Assembly: GCA_019638115.1 (NCBI GenBank)
Contig: JAHBUK010000002.1
Coordinates: 5,867-69,866, forward strand
Reading direction: 5' to 3'
From: Flavobacteriales bacterium
Lineage (GTDB): Bacteria; Bacteroidota; Bacteroidia; Flavobacteriales_F; PHOS-HE28
Length of the DNA stretch: 64,000 bases
Made by a program: the position numbers and the translations under genes. This document shows positions 16,383-25,928 of the stretch, piece by piece (within the stretch, counting starts at the first letter, position 1; each line of letters opens with the position of its first letter). A model generated the notes under the pieces. The model made no database searches. It was given only the letters and a program-made list of their open reading frames with translations, and was not told where the DNA came from.

Positions 16383-17285
16383 ATGGTACGATCGATCTTG
16401 AGGGGCTTGTTGCTCATGCTCGTGCTACTCGTAGGCTTTGCGTTCTGGTTGTCTCCGCGTTTAGGCGGACTGATCGACCTGGGCAAGGAGTCCATCGAAA
16501 CCACCATCACTACCCTGAGCTTCGACTCACTCGGTACCGATGGCTACGAGCTCAATTATCCGGACCTGAGTGGTGAGCCTCATTTGGTGGAACTGCGTGA
16601 AACCTATCAGTTGGATACGCTGATCGGCTCGGCATCAAGCTCGCTTGAACAAGTGCTGGCCGTGCAGAGCTGGGTGCAAAGCAGATGGGAACACGATGGC
16701 GACAATTCAGCTGGTACATCGGATGCGATCGCTATTCTGCGGGCGGCAGAGCAAGGGCAACGTTTCCGCTGTGTGGAGTACAGCGTGGTCACCTCAGCCT
16801 GCTTGGCATCGCTGGGCTTCCGGGTCCGTGGTTTGGGCTTGATGACACGTGACATAGCGGAAGTACGTTCCGGCGGTGGTCATGCGGTCAATGAGGTCTA
16901 TCTGCCTGATCTGAAGCGTTGGGCATTTCTCGACCCACAGTACAATGTGATGGTGTTGCGCGATGGTGCTCCGCTGAATGCAGTACAGTTTCAGCATGCC
17001 ATTGCACATGGTATTCCGGTGGAACTTGTAGGCCCCAGCGGAGCCATCAGTACAGAAGATTACCTGAGCTGGGTGGGACCGTACCTCTACTACTTCTACG
17101 TTTCCCTGGATCGACAGTCCATCAGCATTTGGGACAGGGTGGTCGGCAACAAGAAGCAGCTGACGCTTTACCCGATCGGAGCGGATCGCCCTGCTACTTT
17201 CCAAGGCTTGATACGCTGGAACAACACCCATTACACCCACGCCGTACGGGATCTGTATCCCGTGGTGGAAGACCAAATTCGCTAA
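16383..17285 (+). CDS. transglutaminase-like cysteine peptidase superfamily protein
   Basis: It has a Cys-His-Asp arrangement (FRCVEYSVV; GGGHAVNEVY; AFLDPQ) and an N-terminal TM/signal MVRSILRGLLLMLVLLVGFAFWL. Confidence 0.65.
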   Translation: MVRSILRGLLLMLVLLVGFAFWLSPRLGGLIDLGKESIETTITTLSFDSLGTDGYELNYPDLSGEPHLVELRETYQLDTLIGSASSSLEQVLAVQSWVQSRWEHDGDNSAGTSDAIAILRAAEQGQRFRCVEYSVVTSACLASLGFRVRGLGLMTRDIAEVRSGGGHAVNEVYLPDLKRWAFLDPQYNVMVLRDGAPLNAVQFQHAIAHGIPVELVGPSGAISTEDYLSWVGPYLYYFYVSLDRQSISIWDRVVGNKKQLTLYPIGADRPATFQGLIRWNNTHYTHAVRDLYPVVEDQIR

Positions 17286-17665
17286 GCGCAGCCCTTCACC
17301 GCCACGCCGCTGATCTCCACGTTCACCCCGCGCGGCAGGCCCTTCACCGCATAGGCTTCGCGTGCTGGTGGTACCTCGCCGAAGTAGCTGCCGTACACCT
17401 CGTTCACCGCCGCGTAGAGGCTCATGTCGCTAAGCAGGATCGTGATCTTCACCAGGTCGCTGTAGTCCATGCCGGCGGCCTTCAGCAGCTTGCCGAGGTT
17501 CTCCATCACCTGCCGCGTTTCGGTTGCGATGTCGCCGGTGTGCAGATTACCCGCTTCGTCGAGCGCGATCTGGCCGCTGAGGTAGAGCGTGCCATTGGTG
17601 AGGATGGCCGGCGTGTAGGGTGCGATTGGCTTTGCCGCGTTGGGCGGGAAGATGGCTTGTTTCAT
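17282..17665 (-). CDS. ridA: RidA/YjgF family reactive intermediate deaminase
   Basis: It reads MKQAIFPPNAAKPIAPYTPAIL...GQIALDEAGNL...PARE..AVKGLPRGVNVEI. The long upstream extension in the ORF track is non-coding repeat. Confidence 0.8.
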   Translation of the reverse strand: MKQAIFPPNAAKPIAPYTPAILTNGTLYLSGQIALDEAGNLHTGDIATETRQVMENLGKLLKAAGMDYSDLVKITILLSDMSLYAAVNEVYGSYFGEVPPAREAYAVKGLPRGVNVEISGVAVKGCA

Positions 17666-17710
17666 GGGTGCGAAGGTGGGGAAAGGGGCGAGGGGCGGAA
17701 TGGGCATAAA

Positions 17711-17882
17711 TGAAGAATGAAAAATGTAGAAGGAAAAATGATGAATGAAAGATGCCGGGACCAAGGTGGTGAGCTGAACGGGTCGGTGGATGGATGTCAG
17801 ACTTGGCTTGCGATGGACGGCGCCAGCTTCGCGGGTAGCAGTAGTCACAGTTCTACATTTTTCATTCTACATTTTTCATTGC
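17711..17882. repeat. composite palindromic element (gaatgaaaaatgtagaa arms / ttctacatttttcattc x2 inverted, ~95-bp GC-rich core)
   Basis: It was seen directly between ridA and surE. It has the same tandem-arm/core/inverted-arm architecture as the GTGGCGA elements. Confidence 0.65.
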
Positions 17883-17894
17883 AAGACACGCTCG

Positions 17895-18701
17895 ATGCCC
17901 ACGGATACCTTTGCCCCCGCAATGGAACAACTGCCCCTCATCCTGGTCACCAACGACGATGGCATCTTCGCCCCCGGTATCCGCACCTTGGCGGAAGAGA
18001 TGAAAGCCTACGGCCGCGTGATGGTGGTGGCGCCGGACAAGCCGCAGAGCGCCATGGGCCACGCGATCACCATCCACAGCTTCCTGCGCCTGCAAAGCGT
18101 GGACCTGATGGACGGCGTGGAGGCCTGGAGCTGCAGCGGCACGCCCGTGGATTGTGTGAAGCTCGCCATCTACAAACTCCTCGGTGGCAACAAGCCCGAC
18201 CTGTTGGTGAGCGGCGTGAACCACGGTGCCAACATCAGCATCAACGTACTGTACAGCGGCACCATGAGCGCGGCGGTGGAAGGGGCCATGGAAGGCATCC
18301 CCAGCATCGGCTTCAGCCTGATGGACCACGCCATCGAGGCGGACTTCAGCCAGGTGCGACCCGTGATCCGCAGTGTGGTGGGCAACACCCTGAAGCACGG
18401 CATGGCACCCGGCACCTGCCTGAACGTGAACGTGCCGCGCAACGATGGGATGCCGCTCGCCGGCATGCGCGTGTGCCGTCAGGCCAAGGCCAACTGGGAG
18501 GACGAGTTCGAGACGCGGCTCGATCCCGGCAACAAGGAGTACTACTGGCTGCGCGGCGAGTTCAAGAGCGAGGACCAGGGCCACGACACCGACGTGTATG
18601 CCGTGAACAACCGCTATGTGAGCATCGTGCCCACGCAGTACGACATGACCGCCCACCACAGCATTGCCACCCTCAACACCTGGGACCATGCGCTGGGATA
18701 G
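17895..18701 (+). CDS. surE: 5'/3'-nucleotidase SurE
   Basis: It has the LILVTNDDGIFAPGI N-terminus, which is the SurE signature. Confidence 0.85.
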   Translation: MPTDTFAPAMEQLPLILVTNDDGIFAPGIRTLAEEMKAYGRVMVVAPDKPQSAMGHAITIHSFLRLQSVDLMDGVEAWSCSGTPVDCVKLAIYKLLGGNKPDLLVSGVNHGANISINVLYSGTMSAAVEGAMEGIPSIGFSLMDHAIEADFSQVRPVIRSVVGNTLKHGMAPGTCLNVNVPRNDGMPLAGMRVCRQAKANWEDEFETRLDPGNKEYYWLRGEFKSEDQGHDTDVYAVNNRYVSIVPTQYDMTAHHSIATLNTWDHALG

Positions 18702-18987
18702 TCTTATCGTGGGCCTCGTGCTCGGCCTCATCACCCCGGTGCTGGGCTTCTTCATCTACGGGGCCATCCACGTGAACATCATCCGTCCGCACCTGGACCT
18801 GCCGTACTTCATCCACGACCTGTTCCTGGGCACGCGGGTCTACCAAGCGCCCATCCTCAGCCTGTCGCTGCTGGCCAACCTGCCGCTCTTCTTCCTGCTG
18901 GACCGCTATGTGCTCTACAAGGCCATGCGCGGGGTGATCACAGCGACCTTCATCTACGGCGTGGTCATCGTGGTGCTTTGGATGTGA
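18688..18987 (+). CDS. hypothetical small membrane protein
   Basis: It reads MRWDSLIVGLVLGLITPVLGFFIYGAI..., has three hydrophobic segments, and overlaps the surE stop by 14 nt. Confidence 0.45.
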   Translation: MRWDSLIVGLVLGLITPVLGFFIYGAIHVNIIRPHLDLPYFIHDLFLGTRVYQAPILSLSLLANLPLFFLLDRYVLYKAMRGVITATFIYGVVIVVLWM

Positions 18988-18992
18988 AGGCC

Positions 18993-20219
18993 ATGGGCAA
19001 GCGCATCTACATGATAGCCGGTGAAGCCAGTGGCGACCTCCACGGGGGGAACCTGGTGCGCGAGCTAGTGAAGATGAGTGGCGAGTGGCGAGTGGCGAGT
19101 GAAATGCCCCTTCCAAGGGATGCTGATCCCGGGGCATTACACTCGCCACTCGCCACTCATCACTCGCCACTCATTACTCCTCACGCGCCACTCCGCATCC
19201 GAGCCTGGGGGGGCGATCGCATGGCCGCTGCCGGCGCCGAAGTGGTGAAGCATTACCGCGAGCTGGCCTTCATGGGCTTCACGCAGGTGATCATGAACCT
19301 GCGCACCATCCTCCGCAACATCGAGCAGTGCAAGGAGGACATCGAAGCCTTCAAGCCCGATGCGCTGGTGCTGATCGACTACCCCGGCTTCAACCTGCGC
19401 ATCGCCGAATGGGCGCACGCCAAGGGCATCCCCGTGCACTACTACATCAGTCCGCAGGTGTGGGCCTGGAAGAAGGGTAGGGTGCACACCATCAAAAAAG
19501 TTGTGGACCACATGTACGTGGTGTTGCCCTTCGAGCAGGCCTGGTATGCGCAGTACGGCATGGCGGTGGACTTCGTTGGGCACCCGCTGCTGGATGCGAT
19601 CGAGCACGAAGGCAAGACCCCGCTCCAGCCCCTTCCCGGCGATGATGGCCGTCCGGTGGTGGCCCTGCTGCCCGGCAGCCGTAGGCAGGAGATCGCGCGC
19701 ATGATGAAGCTGATGCGTGCCACCGCGCGCCATTTCCCGGACCACCGCTTCGTGCTGGCCGCCGCGCCCTCCATACCGGACGAGGTCTACGCAGCCCAGC
19801 CCGGCGATCCGCCCGTTACCGTGGTGAAGGGCCGCACCTACGACGTGTTGCGCCACGCCCGCGCCGCGCTGGTCACCAGCGGCACCGCCACCTTGGAGAC
19901 GGCGCTCTTCGGGGTGCCTGAGGTGGTGTGCTACAGCGGCAGCGCCATAAACGTGTGGCTGGCCCGCCGTCTGGTGAAGGTGAAGTACATCAGCCTGGTG
20001 AACCTGATCATGGACCGCGAGGTGGTACGCGAACTGATACAGAGCGAGCTCACCGAGCAGAGCCTGCGTACCGAACTCGCCGCATTGCTGGCGGATGGTC
20101 CCAGGCGCAACACCATGCTCGCCGACCTGGCGGAATTGGGGCGCGTGTTGGGCGGCCCCGGAGCTTCGCGCAAGGTTGCATCGGGCGTGTGGAAAAGTCT
20201 GTTCAGCGCTTCACGCTGA
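18993..20219 (+). CDS. lpxB: lipid-A-disaccharide synthase LpxB carrying a ~37-codon in-frame repeat-element insertion
   Basis: It has the MGKRIYMIAGEASGDLHGGNLV N-terminus and the ...GGDRMAAAGAEVV...ISPQVWAWKKGRV LpxB motifs. Residues WRVASEMPLPRDADPGALHSPLATHHSPLITPHAP are encoded by the palindromic element. Confidence 0.85.
   Translation: MGKRIYMIAGEASGDLHGGNLVRELVKMSGEWRVASEMPLPRDADPGALHSPLATHHSPLITPHAPLRIRAWGGDRMAAAGAEVVKHYRELAFMGFTQVIMNLRTILRNIEQCKEDIEAFKPDALVLIDYPGFNLRIAEWAHAKGIPVHYYISPQVWAWKKGRVHTIKKVVDHMYVVLPFEQAWYAQYGMAVDFVGHPLLDAIEHEGKTPLQPLPGDDGRPVVALLPGSRRQEIARMMKLMRATARHFPDHRFVLAAAPSIPDEVYAAQPGDPPVTVVKGRTYDVLRHARAALVTSGTATLETALFGVPEVVCYSGSAINVWLARRLVKVKYISLVNLIMDREVVRELIQSELTEQSLRTELAALLADGPRRNTMLADLAELGRVLGGPGASRKVASGVWKSLFSASR
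19075..19185. repeat. composite palindromic element (GTGGCGA heptamer family) inserted in-frame inside lpxB
   Basis: gagtggcgagtggcgagtggcgagtg-aaatgccccttccaagggatgctgatcccggggcatt-acactcgccactcgccactcatcactcgccactc is 111 bp, a multiple of 3. Confidence 0.8.
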
Positions 20220-20256
20220 GCCCGCCACCGCCAGATACTTTTGGGCGCCCACCAGA

Positions 20257-21450
20257 ATGCGCCCCTTCTTCCTATTACTTGGCGTGATCGCCATTGGTGC
20301 ACACGCGCAGGAACGCATGGTGCGCATCGGCCTGCTGCACGACCGCACCGTGAAACAAGTGGTGGTGATGAGCGCCAAGGGCAACAGCACGGTGCTGGCC
20401 GATGGTGTCCGGGTGGGCGAGATACAGACCAACGACGGCCTGAAGATCGAGGTGGGGCCCGGCGGCCTGGTGGCCAAGTCGCTCACCCTTTCCGTGGAAG
20501 CCAAAGAGCGGATTGAAGTGGTGCCGCGCTTGGCCGATGGTGGCTTCCGGATGCGGGCACCCGAGACCAAGGTGGCCGAGCGCACCTACCCCGGCAGCTT
20601 GCTGGTACTGCGCAGTGGCACTAGCTTGAAGCTGCGCAACCACGTGATGCTGGAGAACTACGTGGCCGGAGTGGTACAGGCCGAAGCAGGCAATCATCAC
20701 CACATCGAGTACTACAAGCTGCAGAGCGTGAGCTGCCGTACCTATGCGCTGAGCAATCTGCGCAAGCACTTGCCAGACGGCTTCGAGCTTTGCGATGGGG
20801 TACACTGCCAGGTGTTCCATGGTAGGGTGCGCAACGACAGCATCCGCATGGCGGTGGATGCCACGCACAGCTTGGTGTTGGTGGACCCCGAGATCCGCTT
20901 GATCCACGCCACCTTCCACAGCAACTGCGGCGGCGAGACCGTGAACGCCGAGGATGTATGGAGCAAGAGCGAGCCCTACCTGCGCGCCACGGCCGATACC
21001 TTCTGCCTCGGTGCTCCGCAATCCAATTGGGAGAAGACCATCCCGCGCCGCGAATGGGTGGCCTACCTGAAACGGCGCTATGGTATACAGGCGGACAACG
21101 AAGCACTGTTGGAGCCGCTGCTCAACTACGAACCGCAGTGCCGTGATCTTTACCTGGGTAACATGTGGCCATTGGTTCCGCTGAAGAACGTGCGCGAGGA
21201 CTTCAAGCTGCGCTCCACTTATTTCAGTGTGCGCAGCGAAGGCGAGAACGTGGTGCTGAAAGGCCGCGGTTTCGGGCACGGTGTGGGGCTCTGCCAGGAA
21301 GGCTCCATGCGCATGGCCCGCGCGGGACGCTCCTACACCGACATCCTGCACCACTACTACACGGATGTCCACCTGGTGGATCTCCAGACCCTGGATTTCT
21401 TCCGCGAAGAACGGCCGGCCAACGGTCCTTCCGCGCCCACCAGCCGCTAA
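20257..21450 (+). CDS. SpoIID/LytB domain-containing protein
   Basis: It has the signal MRPFFLLLGVIAIGAHAQ. It has the SpoIID-type motifs (LENYVAGVV.AE, TYALSN, HSNCGGET, GRGFGHGVGLCQEGSMRMA). Confidence 0.8.
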   Translation: MRPFFLLLGVIAIGAHAQERMVRIGLLHDRTVKQVVVMSAKGNSTVLADGVRVGEIQTNDGLKIEVGPGGLVAKSLTLSVEAKERIEVVPRLADGGFRMRAPETKVAERTYPGSLLVLRSGTSLKLRNHVMLENYVAGVVQAEAGNHHHIEYYKLQSVSCRTYALSNLRKHLPDGFELCDGVHCQVFHGRVRNDSIRMAVDATHSLVLVDPEIRLIHATFHSNCGGETVNAEDVWSKSEPYLRATADTFCLGAPQSNWEKTIPRREWVAYLKRRYGIQADNEALLEPLLNYEPQCRDLYLGNMWPLVPLKNVREDFKLRSTYFSVRSEGENVVLKGRGFGHGVGLCQEGSMRMARAGRSYTDILHHYYTDVHLVDLQTLDFFREERPANGPSAPTSR

Positions 21451-21469
21451 GCCCGGCTACCTTCGGCCC

Positions 21470-22699
21470 ATGGCTCAAGCCCGCATCGTCGTAAACGACA
21501 CCCACCAACGCATCCGTCAGGGCCATCCCTGGGTGTTCGCCACGCAGGTGGTGAAGGAACAAGGCAGCTACCAGCCCGGTGATGTGGTGCAGGTGGTTGA
21601 TGTACGCCACGGTCCACTGGGGCAGGGCTACATCAACCCGGCATCCATGATCCGGGTGCGCATGCTCACCAACGACATGGCCGATCGGGTGAGCGCGGCT
21701 TTCATTACCGCACGGGTGGAACGGGCGGTGCGCATGCGCGAGCAGGTGTGGTTGCAGCGCGATGCGCAGGGGCGCGCAAGCGGCAGTTGCCGCCTCATCT
21801 TCGGCGAAGCCGACCAACTGCCCGGCCTGGTGGTGGACCGTTTCCAGGATGTGAACACCGGTACCGTGGTGCTCGTGCTCCAGTTCCTCACCCTGGGCAT
21901 GGAGCGCTGGCGCAGTGTGGTGGTGAAGGCGCTGGAGGACCTCGTGAAGCCTGATGGCCTGGTGTTGCGCAACGATGTGCCCATCCGCGAGAAGGAAGGT
22001 CTGGCCCAGGAGAAGGGCTTCGCTTCGGCCGCCTGCAACACCAAGATGATCATCGCCGAGCGTTCCGGTGCGGGCGAGCCGGTGCTGATGCACGCCGACC
22101 TGATGGAGGGGCAGAAGACCGGCCATTTCCTGGACCAGGTGTTGAACCACGGCTCCATGGCCTTGGTGAGCCGTGGCAAACGGGTGCTGGATTGCTTTAC
22201 GCACACCGGTGGTTTCGCCCTGCATGCGGCACGGCACGGTGCGGCCGAAGTGCTGGGTTTGGACATCAGTGCGGATGCCGTTGCCCTGGCCACGCGCAAC
22301 GCCGAATTGAACGGCTTCACAAAGGTTCGCTTCCAAGCGGCCAACGTGTTCGATCACCTTACCGAGGCCAGCCGCACGGGCCAACAGTGGGATGTGATCG
22401 TGCTGGACCCACCGGCTTTCGCCAAGAGCAAGGGAGCCTTGGAGAACGCCTATCGCGGCTACAAGGAGATCAACCTGCGGGCATTGAAGTGCCTGCGCCC
22501 CGGTGGCGTGCTGGTTACTTGCAGTTGCTCGCAGCACATGGTGCCGGAGCTTTTCCGCCAAATGGTGGAAGAGGCTGCCTGGGATGCCGGAGTGCGCCTG
22601 CGTGAATTGTACAACGGATCACAACCTCCGGATCATCCGGTGCTGTGGGGTGCGCCTGAAACGCACTACCTGAAGTGCTTGATGCTGGAAGTGCTTTAG
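21470..22699 (+). CDS. rlmI: class I SAM-dependent 23S rRNA (cytosine-C5) methyltransferase, RlmI/RlmK-like (PUA + MTase)
   Basis: It has the MTase motifs VLDCFTHTGGFALHAA and DVIVLDPPAFAKSK, with an N-terminal PUA-like region. Confidence 0.75.
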   Translation: MAQARIVVNDTHQRIRQGHPWVFATQVVKEQGSYQPGDVVQVVDVRHGPLGQGYINPASMIRVRMLTNDMADRVSAAFITARVERAVRMREQVWLQRDAQGRASGSCRLIFGEADQLPGLVVDRFQDVNTGTVVLVLQFLTLGMERWRSVVVKALEDLVKPDGLVLRNDVPIREKEGLAQEKGFASAACNTKMIIAERSGAGEPVLMHADLMEGQKTGHFLDQVLNHGSMALVSRGKRVLDCFTHTGGFALHAARHGAAEVLGLDISADAVALATRNAELNGFTKVRFQAANVFDHLTEASRTGQQWDVIVLDPPAFAKSKGALENAYRGYKEINLRALKCLRPGGVLVTCSCSQHMVPELFRQMVEEAAWDAGVRLRELYNGSQPPDHPVLWGAPETHYLKCLMLEVL

Positions 22700-22997
22700 G
22701 CGCCCTGAAGCTCGTGCCCGAAAAGGGCTTCCGGCTCGTGCCGGCGACGTGGCAGCAAGGCCACCAGAAACCCCAGCGGCCCCAAGGGCAGACCGATCAT
22801 GTACCAGCTCATCAGGTCGTAGCCGCGTTGCCCTGCGATGAAGGCGGTGATCAACGCGAAAACAAAGGGGAGGACCAGTAATGCGATCATTTCCAGTGTG
22901 TTTCTGGATGATGAAGCTAATGGCACCTGTAGCGATCGATCCTCGGGGTAGGTAGAAAGGTGTTCTCGTGCGATGAACTACCTTTTCCGACAGACGA

Positions 22998-25130
22998 ATG
23001 GAAAGGGTAGTGGATCTGAGAGGGCCCAGAAGGGCGATCGTGCGTGCGCCGATGGTGCGCTTCGCCACCCCCGTGATCCTCGGTGTGGCCTTTTCATCGG
23101 TGTTGCTGGTCCCTGCCAAGGTGCTCCTCATCGCTCAGTTGCTCACGGGGATCACAGCTTTTTTCATGCTGCTTTCCCCGCGAAGCGTGCTGTACCGCAA
23201 AGCCGGAGGAAACCTGCTCTTTCTGGGCCTCTTCTGCTTCGGTCTGTATTGGAGCGCGGTACATACCCCGCAGTCCGATCCCCACCACTTGGTGCAGCAA
23301 CGGCATGGCGAAGGGCCATGGGCAGTGCAGGTGAAAGTGGTGAATGGCAGTTCGGGACGGGTGTTCCGTGCGGATGCTCGCGTGATCGGTCAGTTCCAAG
23401 ATGATTCGTTGCATGCATACACCGGCAACGTGCTGCTGGCACTGCTTGCCAATGCGGACGAACCCTTGCCGCGAGCCGGCGATCGCCTGTTGGTGGAGGC
23501 CCCCTTGGAGCGCATCGATCGTGTGGCGGACCCCGGCGGTTTCGATCGCGTCAAATGGGCCGCCAGCCGAGGCATGTACTATGAGCTGTTCGCCCCAGAA
23601 GGTCATTGGCGGCCGGTGGACCATCGTGCACAATGGACGGATCCCTTCACAGGGTTGCGCGCGCGCATCAGCACCTGGCTGGACGGGAGTGAGCTGCCCC
23701 TGCGCGAGCGTTCCTTGGTGAAGGCCCTGGTGCTGGGCCAGCGCGACGAACTGGACAGCGAGCAACGACAGGCCTTCTCGCGCAGCGGGACCATACACGT
23801 GCTTGCGGTTTCAGGCATGCACGTGGGGCTCATCTTCGCCATCTTCTCGTTCGTGTTGGCTTGGTGGGGGCGCAGCGATCGCGCGCGCATCTTCCGCGGT
23901 CTCTTCATCCTGCTGGCCCTGTGGGGTTATGCCGGGCTTACCGGTGGATCGCCAAGCGTGCTGCGTGCCACCATCATGTTCAGCCTGTTCACATTGGCCA
24001 ACATGGCCGAGCAACGCACCGACCACCTCAACAGCTTGTTCGGCGCGGCTTTGATCCTGTTGCTCGTGGATCCCGGAATGATGTGGTCCTACGGTTTCCA
24101 GCTGTCTTTCCTGGCGGTGTTCGGCATCATCCTCTTCTACCGCCCGTTGCGTGGCCTGCTGTTGCCCGAGAGCAAGCTCATGGCAAGCATCTGGGCCTTG
24201 GCCGTGGTCTCCATTTCGGCGCAGCTGCTCACCGGTCCGCTTTCGGTCCACCTGTTCAAGGCTTTCCCCATGTGGTTCCTGCCGGCCAACATCGTGGTGG
24301 TTACCGCCGTGGGCATTGCGGTGAATGCATCGGTGGCCCTAATCGCGCTCTACAAAGTGCCTGTGCTGGGTACGGTGTTGACCTGGGCGTTGACCAAGCT
24401 GCTGCAAGGGGTGGGCATCATCACCGCGTTCGTCGGTGGGCTGCCGGGTGCCTATCCGGACATCCGCATCGGAGCATGGACCACCGTGCTCATCTACCTG
24501 CTGCTCTTCGCGATCTCCGCTTGGTTGATCTGGGGCTGGCGCAGCATGCGCTGGGTGGTCACCGGCCTGGTGGTCCTGCTGGTGTTCGACATCGAGGAGC
24601 GCGTACGCAGCATCAATACTTCATCAACGTTCACGGTCTACGACAGCGGGGGCTTCCCGATGGCTTCCATGCAAAGCGGTCGCAACCTGGTGGTGCTCTG
24701 CGATGCGGACAGCCTGAAGGGGCATCCCGCGATGCTGAAACGCTTGGAGAACCACCGGCGCACGGTGGGTCTGAACGAGCCACTGCTTCTCGATCATGCG
24801 GAAGTGCAGCAGAACGTTCTACTTGATCGCGGTGCAACGCTGAGCGGTGCAGGTCGTTGGTCTTCGCCGCATTTCCAAGTGGCCGTGTTGGACAGTGGCC
24901 GTGCCTTTGAGCCCCTGCATGAAGGACGCACGTGGGACGTATTGCTTGTACAGGATGCGCGTGCCTTGCGCCACGTTCCGGACAGTGCTCTACAAGGTGC
25001 GGTGCAGCACTTGGTGCTCTGGGGATCATCCTCGCGCTGGTCGCGCAACCAGGTGCAGGAGCGCTGTGCCGCACTGCGCATTCCCTTCCACGCGGTGCGC
25101 GAGCAGGGTGCCTTCGTCCTGCGCAGGTGA
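22998..25130 (+). CDS. comEC: ComEC/Rec2 family competence protein
   Basis: It has the competence-domain motif IHVLAVSGMHVGLIF and is polytopic. The start is uncertain (22998 or 23051). Confidence 0.75.
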   Translation: MERVVDLRGPRRAIVRAPMVRFATPVILGVAFSSVLLVPAKVLLIAQLLTGITAFFMLLSPRSVLYRKAGGNLLFLGLFCFGLYWSAVHTPQSDPHHLVQQRHGEGPWAVQVKVVNGSSGRVFRADARVIGQFQDDSLHAYTGNVLLALLANADEPLPRAGDRLLVEAPLERIDRVADPGGFDRVKWAASRGMYYELFAPEGHWRPVDHRAQWTDPFTGLRARISTWLDGSELPLRERSLVKALVLGQRDELDSEQRQAFSRSGTIHVLAVSGMHVGLIFAIFSFVLAWWGRSDRARIFRGLFILLALWGYAGLTGGSPSVLRATIMFSLFTLANMAEQRTDHLNSLFGAALILLLVDPGMMWSYGFQLSFLAVFGIILFYRPLRGLLLPESKLMASIWALAVVSISAQLLTGPLSVHLFKAFPMWFLPANIVVVTAVGIAVNASVALIALYKVPVLGTVLTWALTKLLQGVGIITAFVGGLPGAYPDIRIGAWTTVLIYLLLFAISAWLIWGWRSMRWVVTGLVVLLVFDIEERVRSINTSSTFTVYDSGGFPMASMQSGRNLVVLCDADSLKGHPAMLKRLENHRRTVGLNEPLLLDHAEVQQNVLLDRGATLSGAGRWSSPHFQVAVLDSGRAFEPLHEGRTWDVLLVQDARALRHVPDSALQGAVQHLVLWGSSSRWSRNQVQERCAALRIPFHAVREQGAFVLRR

Positions 25131-25895
25131 TCAGCTGAACGCCAGCTCCGGATAGCTGAGCGGGGCGAGCACTTCGGGTACGTTGCCGAGCGCCTGCTTG
25201 CCCAGGAGCGGGGCCACGGTATAGGCCTCCAGTTCCGTCTCCGGATAGGCCTGTATCGCATTCAACACGAGGTCCTGCTCGCTGTGCGCGTTCAGCCACA
25301 GCGCATCCAACTCACGCGGCACGATGAAGGGCATGCGCGGCCCCTCGGCCTTGGGGTTGTTGTGGATGCCTTCCATCAGCGCATTGGCGGCGGTGGTCAC
25401 GATGCTCACGGTGCTCAGCGCGATACCCGTGTCGGGCGCATGCCAGGTGGAGCGGATGCCGCCGAGGGCCATGGGCTCATCATTGCGCAGGCGGATGTGG
25501 TAGGGGAAGGTGCGCTTGCCGAAGTGGAAGAACTCGAAGAAGCCATCCACCAGCACCAGGCAGCGCTGCTTCGCGGCCAGACGGAACGCGGGTTTCTCGA
25601 AGATGGTCTCGCCGCGTGCGTTCAGTGTTTGGCGGCTCAGTTGCGCAGCTTGAGCAGCATCCCTGGCCCAGGGCGGCACCAGTCCCCAGCGCAACAGGTC
25701 GAAGTGCGGGCCGTCATCGCGCGAGAAGCACAACAACTGCGGATGTGCGAATCCACTGACATGGAACATGGGCACCTGCGTGCGCGTGAGTTCCTCCAAC
25801 TGCTGCTCCAGGTCCTGCACTTCCGCATCCGAAGCACCCGCCCTGCGGGCATAGGTGATCTTGCGCTTGGTGAGGTAGGCCACGTTGTAGCACAT
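25131..25895 (-). CDS. SOS response-associated peptidase (SRAP/YedK, abasic-site processing protein)
   Basis: The N-terminal MCYN (Cys2) and overall SRAP-like sequence. It is convergent with comEC with zero gap. Confidence 0.75.
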   Translation of the reverse strand: MCYNVAYLTKRKITYARRAGASDAEVQDLEQQLEELTRTQVPMFHVSGFAHPQLLCFSRDDGPHFDLLRWGLVPPWARDAAQAAQLSRQTLNARGETIFEKPAFRLAAKQRCLVLVDGFFEFFHFGKRTFPYHIRLRNDEPMALGGIRSTWHAPDTGIALSTVSIVTTAANALMEGIHNNPKAEGPRMPFIVPRELDALWLNAHSEQDLVLNAIQAYPETELEAYTVAPLLGKQALGNVPEVLAPLSYPELAFS

Positions 25896-25928
25896 GGTAC
25901 ACAGGCACGGCGCGTGCCCCTTAAGAGG

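Noticed and set aside
22696-22926. 76-aa minus-strand 2-TM ORF between rlmI and comEC
   Set aside because: It could be a small membrane protein, but it sits in the comEC promoter region with no further support, so confidence is low.
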